Origin: Octopus bimaculoides
Taxonomy: Eukaryota
Assembly: GCF_001194135.2 (NCBI RefSeq)
Contig: NC_068984.1
Coordinates: 146,268,704 to 146,332,703 of the forward strand
Length of the DNA stretch: 64,000 nt
Direction: 5' to 3'
The position numbers and the translations under genes are program-made. The notes beneath the pieces are model-generated. The model made no database searches. It was not told the DNA's origin and saw only the letters and a program-made list of their open reading frames with translations. This document shows, one piece after another, positions 12,601 to 25,248 of this stretch (its first letter is position 1; each line of letters begins with the position of its first letter).

Positions 12601-14732
12601 ATTCCAAACACCAGCTTAATCAAGACACATTTTACTAAATTCTTCATTATTTACAAAATTAATAGCAAGTCAATGGGTTTCACCAGAAATATGGTAATAA
12701 GAAAAAATACACGAACCGATAGGGTATAAATCTCAATCGGATTTAAAAGGGTGGGCAACCTGTTCAAATGAAGCAGTAGATATAGGGCTTATTTATCATC
12801 TTTCTCCATACTTCCTTGAATCACTAAAAGATCAAGAGGGATACTAATACGAGCAACCAAATTTAAGGGATATTATCTATTTGAGCCTTTTGTTGAAATA
12901 GACTGCTTTTGTTTCAATTTTGAAAATAATGAAGAATGTAGTTAAAATAACTCAATAAGATGGTGTTTTGGAACTTGAACATAAAATTTTGATTAAATTT
13001 ACGTCACTTTAAAATAGGAAATTTATATTACAGAACATTCTATAAAGTAGTTGGCATTAGGAAGGGCATCCGACAGTAAAAACCATGCCAAAAACAGACA
13101 GTGAAGCTCGACAGGATTCCTCTGGCTTGCCAGCTCGTGCCAAGCCATCCAACCAATGCCAGCATGGAAGACAGATGTTAAATGATGACAAGACAAACGA
13201 GGAGTGGTCCTAGACAAAATGGCATTAAAAAATCTGAAAAAGATCACTGCTTCACTAAACAGCTGTGTATTTTGCATACTGTGCTATGTGGTCAAGAAGT
13301 TTGCTTCTCTCAACCACATGGTTTTGGGTTCAGTCCCACAGCATGGTACCTTGAGCAAACATCTTCTCTATTATAGCCCTAGGCTGATCAAAGCCTTGTG
13401 AGTGGATTTGGAAGATGGAAACTGAAAGAAATCCATTGTGTATGTACAGGTGAGTTTGTTGGTGTCTCTGCCTTCATACGATTGCTGTTGTAAATGATTG
13501 CCAGTGTCATTCATTCCCAAAATAGAGTGAAAACTTGTCTGGCCATAGGGAAATATTACCTTGCTTGGAAACAGGTGAGGGTTGGTGACAGGAAGGGCAT
13601 CCAGCCATAGAAAATCTGCCATAATAAACACTCTCCAATCCACGCAAGCAGGGGACAAGTGGAGGTTAACAAGACAGACAGACAGATACATACATCCATC
13701 TATCCATCAGTAAAAACGTTTCTTCTACCTAAACCATTACAATGGACCTTAATACCAAGAACACGAGCCGAAGATGATGCTTCTCCATCACAAACTGAAA
13801 ACATTGATAATAGACATTTATTTCAGAGAAATACTGGACTGAAATTGAAATGAAAGACTTGATTGCATCAAAGAGATTAACTCCAACAAACTCAAATTTC
13901 ACAAGGGAACTTCTTTAAGCTCTTCTCAAATGGTCTCACAAACATTTCTTGGGGGACTTATAGCTAGTCAATGTATTACAAATACTTTTCGTTTCACTCC
14001 TCAGTGCTGGCCAAGCTTCAAATTTTAAACTCTTCATCCAAATCTCTTTTAAACGGTCGAATACTGATAATTTCCAATTAATAAAATTGGAAACTATTTC
14101 AAGTTAATTAGATATTCTAACAGTTACCAGATTGTTTTGGTCTTCTAATTTAAAATGTCTAGTCTTAGATAAATTGTAATGATATACGTTAACATAAAGC
14201 ACACAAAAGAAAAGGCCACAAGTGATCATGGAAAAATTTTTACAAAAGAAAAATTCCATAACTAAATGAAATATCAGAGCACAACAGAAAATTTTAAATA
14301 TTATCTATATCATAATAAAACTACTTATTTATTAGTTTGGAGTATGTAACTTTTACTAAAAGAAAGTCTACACTGTCAATAAAACCCTTAAAAATTCTAA
14401 TTTTAATGTTTTCATCAAAATGTGGTTTACAAGGTTCTTTTATTATTGAAGAGTTCGACTACACGATGCAATCAGAAAACTAATTTCAATTCCTTGTGAT
14501 CGTATTTTTCTTTTTAATGTTTTACAACCTTCCCTCTTTGTCTTTTCTCTCTCTCTGTCACTGGCAATGACACAATTTATAAATATTTATATTGTTTATA
14601 CTTCTAGAAGTATAAAAGTTCCCCAAATATTTCCACTGCTACTTCCTACACCCCTATCACTTTCATGAGGTTCAGAAATTGTATACAATAAACAAAAGGA
14701 AAGTATGCACATCTTAATCATATTATCACCAC

Positions 14733-15135
14733 CTGCAGGCATGGCTGTGTGGTAAGAAGCTGGCTTCCCAACCACACGGTTCTGGGTTCAGTCCCACTGC
14801 ATGGCACCTTGGACAAATGTCTTCTACTATAGCTCCAGGGCAACCAAAGCCTTGTGAGTGGATTTCGTAGACGAAAACTGGAAGAAGCCTGTCGTGTATA
14901 TATACACATACACACACACATACATATACATGTATATATTTGTGTGTGTGTTTGTCCGCCCACCATCATTTGACAACCAATGCTGGTGTGTTTATGTCTC
15001 TGTGACTTTGTGGTTCAGCAAAGAGACGGATAGAATAAGTACTAGGCTTACAAAGAATAAGCCCTAGGATTGATTTGTTTAACTAAAAGCGGTGCTCCAG
15101 CATGACTGCAGTAAAATGACAAACAAATAAAAGAA
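14733..15135 (+). mobile_element. tRNA-headed SINE, family A with alternative tail (...gaataagtactaggcttacaaagaataag...ctccagcatg...aatgac)
   Basis: Same head as family A, different 3' half. Related copies at about 35930-36250(+), 48170-48375(-), 49280-49650(+), 54215-54540(+), 57570-57940(+), 62150-62390(-), 63815-63980(+, head only). Confidence 0.85.
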
Positions 15136-18100
15136 TAAATCATTTAACATCCATGGTGGCATGGGTTGGATAGTTTGAGGGGATCTGGTGAATTGGAGAC
15201 TTGCATCAAGCTCCAATATCAGCTTTGGCATGATTGGGTGCCTTTCCTAACACTAAGCTCTCTGCATTTTGTAATGGGTGCTTTTTCCCATGCCATTTTA
15301 GCCATTATATATTATCACACACAACACGGATGCAATAACTCACTAAGAGATACAAAGAATTCAATTTGGTTATCTTGGCTAACAAATCACTCATCAATTC
15401 CAGTGGTACTTATTGATGACGCTTAGCTTCAAACCAATTTTAGCCAAAGAGATTTCAACTAGGACCATCTCATTTTTCATTCATTGTATTTCCAATGTTT
15501 TGGGGATTTTTTTTTTGTTAAGTGATAAGGTGTAATTTGAGAGGTTTGGATATTTTTGGTGGGTTGAGTGACCACAGACAGGCTCCAAAATACCTGGTGA
15601 GATTTAGTTACAGTGCTGAGATCAACTCGCAGACTTCTGGAATTGATTTAATCAACTAACTCCTCGTCCAAAATAAGGCCTTGTACCAGCACTTCTTCAT
15701 TCCAAGGATCTGACGAATGTAAAAAAATTTACCATGTCAGAAAATATTTTCCAGTTGATCAAGTCAAAACAATTTGAGGGCAAGAAGTCAAATCTGATGA
15801 AAGCTATAATTTTGCAGTTAAGTAACTTAATCTCCTGTATTTGTTGTTAATCACTTTCTTTTCTATTAACATTCAATACATTTGTTAATTAACAGGAATG
15901 CTTTGTTGACATATGACAAAATACTAGGTGGATCCAACGAAAATAACGAAAACACCTAGCAGATACTACTGTCTGTCTACTGGCTTAATTTCATTTAATT
16001 AATTTCATTTTAATTAATTTCATTTTGTAGGAAAACAAAAATCATTTTGTGGATTGAGGAAAAAAAATCATTTGATTTATGATGCCATGGAGACGGAAAG
16101 GAGCTTTTGTGTCTACAAATTTGAGCTTAATTTACGAAAACTTAAAGGGTTAACCTAATCAATTGCCACAGGAATTTTGAGTGTATGTGCAGGAATATTC
16201 TGCATTTGAAATCCTGCATTATTTGTTTCTACCGATAAGTCTATCGTTGACATGATGTTCACATAGAACACCTGGCCATGCATGCAATGGTGGAAGAAAA
16301 GGACACGAGTTCAGATTGGTGCTGAGGCAAATGTTTGCTACAGCTAACATTTTAAATGCGGTGACGATTATTTTGGAGCCGGATAAAAGGTGCATATCCG
16401 AGACTAGCATGGGACACATAATACAAAAATAGTAATGCTATTTTCGTGGTTATCCAGTTTACATTTAGCGTAGCACACCAAACTGGAAACAAAATTGTTT
16501 CTTATCTCGACACCTTTTTCATGGGGAAACAGTGAATGGTACCGGTTCCTAAAAGCGAAGTTGCTATTATAGCAGAGAGAGAAAATGGCAATCATTAATG
16601 GGAATGGAAATTGAAGAGAGAAAGAGTTCTTGATTTATTTTTGAAGGAATACCGATTAATAAACAATGGCAACATACTAAATCAAGTGTCAATAGCTTTT
16701 TAAAAACCTGAAAAACTCAATGTATTTATTATATCCTTTAAAAAATCTATACTTTACAAAGAATTATTATATAAGGATCGAAATTGCAGATTTAACACAG
16801 TTCCAATATTATAGACAGACACATGTAACGTGAGGTAAAAAAAAAAAGTCTTAAACCAAGAATCAAAACAAACATCAATAAAAATGATGAGATTAAACTG
16901 AATAGTCAATCGAATTTACCGATTGTCATTCTATCGACCCAGGTGTGAACTTCGAGGTAATGTACGTCGTTTGCACAAAATTCCAGTAACACTAATTAAA
17001 ATAAATAATTAGACTTAAAGAGTCCAGTGTTTTCCAAGACAACATCAGATTACAGACTTTAAAAGAATAAAATGACGCTGTACAAAACATTTGCCTGAAA
17101 CAATATCAAACTTCAATATTTCTTTTAGGTAACAGTATTCCTTAAACAAGTACAACAAAAATATTATATAAGAAGATATAAAATGGAAAGAAAGCGACCG
17201 CGTAATAAGAAATGAAAAAAAAAATAGCACGAGGGAGTCTTTCCCGAATTACGGAAACGAAGGGAATCCTTTCGAAATGAATTAATCGTGTACTCCACTT
17301 CATTGAGCTTTTCTCTTCTTTTCAAAACGTTGAGCAAACGTAATTTACTTTACAAATTACACAAAAACTGTTGGGTTTCATACGTAAGCGTGAAACTTAA
17401 TAAGACTGCGTCATACATACAAACAACATCTGTGAACCATATTTCAATTATTCCAGCCTGAACAATTTATAGAGTAACATTAGGTACATATAGGCAAAAA
17501 GAGGCAATACCAAGCCAAATTATTTCATAAAATAACAGTATCAAAAGACAAATACAATCGCATTTCTAAAATGACGTAAGCAGAAGCAATTTCCCGACTG
17601 GCTTCAATTTCCCCACGCCACAAAAATCCGAAAAACCAAAACAAAATTCGCAGATGTACCCCACCACCACGTGCCAAATATGCTTTGACAACATATATAT
17701 AAACGATTTGACAATTGACTGGATTTTTTAAAACCTCGAGTACTTTTTCACGACGAAGCATTACATGTGTGTGTGTGTGGGGGGGGGGGGGGGGGTCATT
17801 AAAGAACAGGTGGATTCGGGTGCACAAAACAGAAATTCGAAGAATATTTACGAGAGAGAGAGAGCATTGTTTATCTGTTTTGAAGTATAGATTCATTTCG
17901 GCAAATCAAACCTAGTTAGAATTCTTATAATCTCCAACTATTGCGCTTACTTTATTGTTTTGTTTTTTTTATTATTAAACTGCTTTCTCTTCTACTTCAC
18001 CATTAAATGGTAAAACAAAGAAAGCAGCGAGTGTCAAAGTAAAGTGAAACCAACAATCATGAAGAATGTATAAAAATAACTTGGCTCTCCTGAATCACTG

Positions 18101-18309
18101 GAACGAATACGTAACTACTTCAAAATAGTTGTGTGTTTGTGTCTGTCTGTCCGTATCCCTCTTAAAGTCCTACAATGGTTACAAAAATAGGAAATCCATA
18201 AGATCGGATTCGTTCTTCGAAAAATCTCACAAATTGTTGCAATTATTGTCATTTAATTCTGTCGAAAAGATATGCCAATGAATGACGCTGACGTTGGAAC
18301 TGGTCTTAC

Positions 18310-18400
18310 TTTCCGGGAGAACTGGCGGTGAGAGAACCGAGTCCGGCAGAAACGGGTGCATTCAATACAAATTGGTTGAACAAGCTTACAGAATGTTGGT
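18310..18400 (-). other. Candidate upstream or first exon of the ZNF385-like gene (5' boundary unknown)
   Basis: GC- and CpG-rich island ending in AAA|GTAAGA; contains ATG 18361 (MHPFLPDSVLSPPVLPE, phase 1). Confidence 0.35.
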
Positions 18401-19594
18401 TAGAAGAAAGAAATCCGTTTTTATTTCCCCACCCCCTCAACGAATTATTACAATATAGAGTTAAACAACGGACACTGGCTTAACCGGTGTTTTTTAAGCA
18501 AAAAAAAGGAAGAAAGGTAACGCCACCTCTCCTGGCTTTCATTCAATAATGCATTCTGCTTGGAACACATTGTATCCGTTGGTTGGTGGTAAGCTTATGA
18601 CGATATCGTTAAATACAAAACGCAATTTACCAATATTCCGTAATAATGAATACCCAACATTTTATTGATAGATCGCCTGATAACGGGATCCATACCGAAA
18701 TTGTTGGATGCATGTAGTGAAGAAGAAACGCTTAAGAATTTACATTTTCGAGTTTTGGGTGACACGATGAAATAAAATATAGAGCCAGGACACATCTTTT
18801 TGAAATTCCTTTTGATTGCTATGCCATCTTGTTATATAGTTAAACTCTAGTCCGAACAGAGATCTCCGGTCACAAATTTCTCTTCCAAAGTCTTTCAAAT
18901 TGATGTTTATGTCAACTTTTCAAACAACGTTAAATTAATTCAAATGTCAGCTAATTAACAATGTATCTTATTAAATTCTTCATTATTTTCAAATTCAAAT
19001 TAAATAAAAAGCATTGTATTTCAACAGAACTATGGTAAGCGATGGTGGTATTGAGAAATGAAAGTAGAAATCTCTAACTTTTAGGGGCACGCGTGCCTGT
19101 GGAGTACTCAGCCTCTTGCAACCTAATTTCACGAGAGGGCTGTTCCGTTGATCGGATCAACTGGAACCCTTGTCGTCGTAACCGACGGAGGGCCAATAGA
19201 CGCCACTTGCATATATTTTACATATATATATATATAGTGTGTGTGTCTACTGTACACCCCGGTGTGAATGATTTGTCCCGTTCGCTTGACAAATTTGTCC
19301 TGGTTATGGACTAAGTAAAAAAAAAAAAAACCTTAAGCTATTGAAATCACATACAAACAACTAATGCTTATCCCCAGATTCCAGAGATACAGAATACAAT
19401 ATAGAATTAATGGAAGTTTTTTTGATCAAACTCTAAAGTTCGGAATCAAATAGGAGAAAAGAGGATGCACATTGTGGACGGAGAAAATGAAGCTATGAAA
19501 TCAATACAGATGCAATAAGAACCTCGGTTTTCGACCAACCCTGATCACTAATACATCGTACTTGATCTCCTGTCTTTCTCATATTCATTTAATA

Positions 19595-19679
19595 CAGTCG
19601 TACCTCGGTTTACGAACGCCTCTGATCACGAGCACGGTCTATTCGCGATCAGAGTTGTTCGAAAACTGAGGTACTACTG
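19595..19679. mobile_element. 85-bp pogo/Tigger-like MITE
   Basis: TA-cagtcgtacctcggtttacgaac ... gttcgaaaactgaggtactactg-TA (20/23 inverted match, TA target duplication). Confidence 0.8.
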
Positions 19680-22608
19680 TACCTATGATTTTAAAGTCGT
19701 TCTGGTTTGAGCGTTAGGCCCTATGGTAAGACTGGACACACACACACACACATATATGAAATCATATTGAGTGGCCTATTTAAAAGAACATATTTAGATC
19801 ACTTAAAAAGAACTAGGTCTTAGTGTTAATGTCTTGCTAAAAACATTGATTTCAATGTTCAGTAGAAGGTATCGGATATAATATATATTTTAGCACAAAA
19901 CTCTCAAACCTTGAATCACTCAATTACTTCTGCTAGATATTAATAATATTTATATATACATACTCATATTTTGAGTTCTATTTTTCCTGTTTGCGCCAAC
20001 ATATATACGTGGTTATGCATTTGTGCCACCTTGTCAACAAACAAGCGGTGTCCATTTCCAATCTTCCGTGGAAAACATGCGGGTGTTAGCGACAGAAAAG
20101 GTATCTTTGCTCGTAAAATATTGGCCTGGACGAATTCCGCCTGACCCATGCGTGTAAGGAAAAGTAGACATTAAAACGATGATAATACACAGTTCCCCAA
20201 ATCCTGCAGTTTGGGTCGCTTCAAATTCGTTACCGTCAATATTTACATTCAAGAATAAAGATGTAAATATAAATATAAGGGGAGGGGGAAGATTTTCAGA
20301 ACTAGATGCAATTTAAAAGGTTTACAGCAAAAAGGTTCGAGAATATGCCGATTCAACAGCCATTGAAAACGACGAGCAATTCCCAAAAAAGTACGTTTCC
20401 ATATTTCCATAAAAAAATGTCCAGTCACGGGAAATAAGTGACGGTTTGCGACGGGAAGGGCATCCAGCCGTTGAAAATCCGCCTCCAGAAAATTCCGTCC
20501 GACCCATGCTAGCATAGGAAAAGTGGACGTTAAACCGATGATGATTATATACAAGTGTCGCAGAGGCTTGTGCGTTTACAGTTGGGTGGTTTTGACACTT
20601 AAGTATGCATTCGTATAATTTTTTTTTCCAGCGATAAAATAGTTGTGTTTGAATACCAAAGTAAAAAAAAAAAAAAAACTTGTTTTAAAACCGGCATATT
20701 TTTATATTCCGGCACTAATCAGGTCCCGAAGGCGCTAATGGGATAACTATAAATAGGCACCAACAAATATGAATACACAAAATAGTTTGAAATTACCACA
20801 AATAGGTAATAAAGATCTGTAATTGTCAATTTATAACCAACTGGAACATATTTTACATAATAAAATCCTAATTTTCAAGTCTGTTGAAACAAAATCTCTT
20901 GAAAGACACGAATTCACATCAAGAATGTTGCAAGTCAAATACAAAAACGAAATAACTTTACTACGAACCCTAAAATGTCAATTTTCTCTTAGAACCAGGT
21001 TAGATACAGAATCAATCAATTAAAACAATAATTTGCTCGTTACACAGATTGTAGGTGCAAGGATTTTGCATTCGAACTTAAATCGAAACTGACATTCTAA
21101 TATCAGTAATTTTAAAGGTGGGAGGGGCCGATTACTTTGTTTTACCGACCCCGAAAGGAGGAAACGGCAAAGTTGACTTTGGCGGAATTAGAACTTAGAG
21201 CATAAAAAGAGCCGGAAGAAACACCGCTAAGCATTTTGTCCGGAGTGCTAACGATCCTGCCAGTTTGGTGTTTTTGAATAAAATCTAAATTGCAATGTGA
21301 AACAAGGCTGGTCGGTAGCACCATGTGCAGACATTAACTTCCGCTGGTTTCTGTCAATCGTTGACAAGGGAAGGTTTTATATATGTTTTATGGTTATTTA
21401 ATCACATCACAACTATGGAGAGATGTACGAGGATTAATAAAACAACAAAAACAAAAAGGCATGAAAATGCGAAGTAGTTGTACGGAAAGGCTATTAGTGT
21501 CTCAATTTTGCTGCTCCAACTAACAATATATATACCGACATGGTTAATGTGTTATGTGACAATTTTTGGCGCCGGGCAAATCGCGCATGTCCGAGGCTGA
21601 GAACATGTGACACATTCAGTTATGACTTGGGAAGAGACGAGAGATTGTTTGATCCTTTTCTGTGAACCTTGGAGGACGTCAAATAATTGCTTGTAACAGA
21701 TCACACGAATTGTAAACAAACAGTCCCTTATCTCATTGATAACAGAGACTGGCTGTGATGGGCACGGGTTCCTTAAAGAATAGGTTGACAGTAAAGTTGG
21801 AAAGGGAAAAAAAAGCAACCACAATTGAAATGAAATAAAATCAAAGAAACAAGATGAGTTTAGATTACAAAAAGGGGGTTGGAATCTAGTGTGAGAATTG
21901 AAACTGAACAAAGAAAACGTTCTTATTTTACAAGAAATATTGCTAACAACTTGATGGCTAAGCGCCAAAATAACAAAAGCAAATTATTTTTTTATCGATA
22001 TATCTATCAGACCTGTTTTACGGTTAGCTCTGGAAATTTTTTTTTCTTTTACTAAGAAAAACTTCGTAGATTTATCAGCTGCAATGATTAATTCCAACAT
22101 GAAGGATTAAATTTACAGAGCAAGGTAACAACGACCGCGTGTGACGACGTCCATAACTTGTTTCAAGGACGTGAAAAGAAATATCGGTTACTCTCAAGAA
22201 TGGAAACTGAAGCTTTTAAACACCGGGATGAAACGATTAGATCGAATCCATTCGTCAATCGAATTCACCGGTTCTCATTCAATCGGTATCGACATGCTTT
22301 AGGAGTCGTTTAAACTAAATTAGAATATAACGATGTTTATATATTGAGTTGCAATTTACTCGTAAATTACAACTCGATGTTCTGTTTTTCTTCTAAAGCA
22401 ACAATCGTACATCAGAGAAAAACAAACCGATATACAATGAGGATGTATATTGGTTTCGGTGAACCTTTCTAGAAAGGTACCAGCAAATAAATAACACAAA
22501 ATTCATTTATCTACATGCGTGTATATAATGTTCTGCGACGCAGTGAGTTCTTCACTCGAATACAAGACACATTACGAACAAACAGTGGCATACTTTCGCC
22601 CAGCTTAC

Positions 22609-22678
22609 TTTATCAAAAAGACCGAAAACAAAACGAAATAGGGAACAGACAGTTCTTCAATATTTCATAATGCCAACA
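22609..22678 (-). other. Candidate non-coding exon (70 nt)
   Basis: Pyrimidine tract ttttctctctcttttttgttatctgatag| and AAA|GTAAGC; contains ATG AAA TAT TGA. Confidence 0.4.
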
Positions 22679-25190
22679 CTATCAGATAACAAAAAAGAGA
22701 GAGAAAAAAAAGTAGGGTAAATCAAAAACCAAGCAGCACCAAAACAAAACAATTTCCATGTTACATACATGCATATATACACCCAGGCAGGCACGTGGAA
22801 TAGACATGAGTACACGCCTAGATATATATATACACAGCACGTATCGCAAAATGTTTCATTCCTCCTTTCGCCATGCGTATTCTCAATGGCGCCGGTCGTT
22901 TCAATCATATAAGAAGAGATTGAAGAACAAGGGGAATATCTGCAAACTGTTTATTTCCTTTACATCAAACAAACCCGTCGCTTTCATATTCCACAATCGT
23001 CAGCATTAATTTCTTAAAAACTGAATCGAATTAGACTGAAATACATTTCGCCACATTCTCTCTTTTCCTTCCTCGCTTTACGTATATAACGCATAAAACA
23101 AAGCCTGAGATAAATTGGCCTATTTTATAAATAAGCCGAGTTAAAGTAACATAAAAGTATGAAACTGTTAGCTCTCAGTTCTCTATCAAATTGATACACA
23201 GACATTTCTTTTCGTTGTTGGTAACATTAGAATTTCTTTTCTCTCCAAAACACACCGAATTTTCAACCTATATATATTGGGGGGGGGGGTGAAACTATAC
23301 ATTGCTAACACACGAAACTTTCGGCCCTTCACTCATCCACTAACTTTTTTTCCCCGATTATATATATATATATAATTCCAAGATGATGATTATATGTAAA
23401 AGAAGGTGGAGGAAATACGCGGTCATGAAGAAGAAAAAAAGAAGAGGAGGAAGAAGCTGACTTCTTGGTGGCGGTAATCGAGTGTGAAGGAAATGAGAAA
23501 TGAGGGAGGAAGTTGATCTAACCCTAACCCAAATCACCGATTTTACACCGAAGAAGAGATTTAGACAAACACGGCTATTTATGTTGCTTAACATGGAACT
23601 GATTTGAAATGGTCAGAAAGAAGAGAAAGGCGGGCAATTGAAGATGAAGTCGGGGGGGTTTAGACATTCCATTCTCCTCCAGCACCCTGATAGATACCGC
23701 ACATCATACACTCACTCACACAGGTCCTTCCATTAAAGGATCATATTTTAATTGCTTATACGTTTTTACCGCCATTATTATTATTATCGTTAGAAAAGGA
23801 AAAGGTGTTATATTTCTTAAATTTTTTTTAATACAATCGACTTCTCCACATTTTTCCTATCTAAAGATTATCAGATAATTCATTACTAAGGTGAAAATGG
23901 AAACTTATTATTTTCTAAAATGAATAAATATACAGCTATAAAAAAAAAGCCTCATTGATATTTTTTAAACAGAAAAGAGACGGTAAAATCGTATCAAGAA
24001 AATGATATGGGTTTAAAAATAAAGAAATGTCACTAAAATGGCAGGCAAGGCCTAGATTGTGAAAGAAAAATGCAGAAATAATGAAGGGTAGGTTTTGTTG
24101 AAGATAGACGATGGGAAGCGATGAAAGTGAAGTGAAATAGTGGCAGAGTTTTAATTAAACCGGCTAAATGCTAATTATAAATGTATATTTCATGCATAGA
24201 TATATATTGCTGATAATGACCGATTATTAAAGTATATAAATATCGAAGTGCGTATGATATTTGTGTTGGTTGTAAATGCTGCTCGTCCGTTCCATCTGCC
24301 GTGTCGCCGTTGCTAGTAATGTCTTCTAAAGGAGAGAGAACATGACGGCGATGGAGGCCGGCATTGACGCACAATCATTTCGATGTTGTCTAGTGAAGAA
24401 AAATAGTTGGCTGCAGAATCATGTAGGATGTGTTTCATACACATTACAAATGACNNNNNNNNNNGGGGGGGGGGGGAAGACAATTAAATTGAAAAGAAGA
24501 AAACTACAAAAATAACGAAGGGAGAAAAAGAGCAACCAAAAATAATGTTAATTTCAATCGTGTATTATTTGTTTTAATTTTGATAATTAACAATCGACTA
24601 TTACAACAAATAGACTGCCAAGTCTTGTAATATATACACTCGTAATATATATACATATATATATTTATGAATATATGGTCCAAGACAAAAAAGCAACCGG
24701 CGGAAATAGGTTTACAAATGGGGAGGGGGTATCATGTACATTGCAAATCGCGCTTAGATCTGAACTGTGCCATTATATTCTCCCCAATTCAATGTGTTAG
24801 CATCTTGTTTCGACCGGAGAAAAATATATTTTGATAAATATGAGGCATTTTGGAAAGTAAAAGTGTTTTTGGGGGTTTAACATAGAATCAATTAAATGTT
24901 ACATTTCAAAATAGGAGGGAAGAAGGGGCGAGCAAAGAGGTTCGGGTTTCCATCTTTTTTTCTGCTCATCACCATTTATCTGTCAACGAAATCTACGTAT
25001 TTCTTAATTACAACAAAAGGTATAAAACGGTAGTTAGATAATGTGTATTAATTAGGGGAAAGCAGAGGGAAATAATGGTGAAAAAAGAGGAGAAAATCTG
25101 ATAAATTGTTCGAGGAGAACAAAACGATAGCCGACATTGCGAGGGGGGGGGAGGAGGTCAGAGAACAAAAGAAAGCCGAGGAGTTACGCA

Positions 25191-25248
25191 AAATTGGGAA
25201 GTAAAATTAGTTTTAAGAAATTGGGAAGTAAAATTAGTTTTAAGAAAT
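25191..25248. repeat. Perfect 27-bp tandem duplication (aaattgggaagtaaaattagttttaag)x2
   Basis: Read directly from the sequence. Confidence 0.95.

Noticed and set aside
10450-14170. Near-open minus-strand frames (10860-10640, 12100-11975, 14070-13900)
   Set aside because: Interrupted by stops, with weak acceptors and no zinc-finger similarity. Probably decayed DNA-transposon fragments that I cannot assign.
23514-23531. ctaaccctaaccc telomere-like motif
   Set aside because: Only two units; expected by chance.
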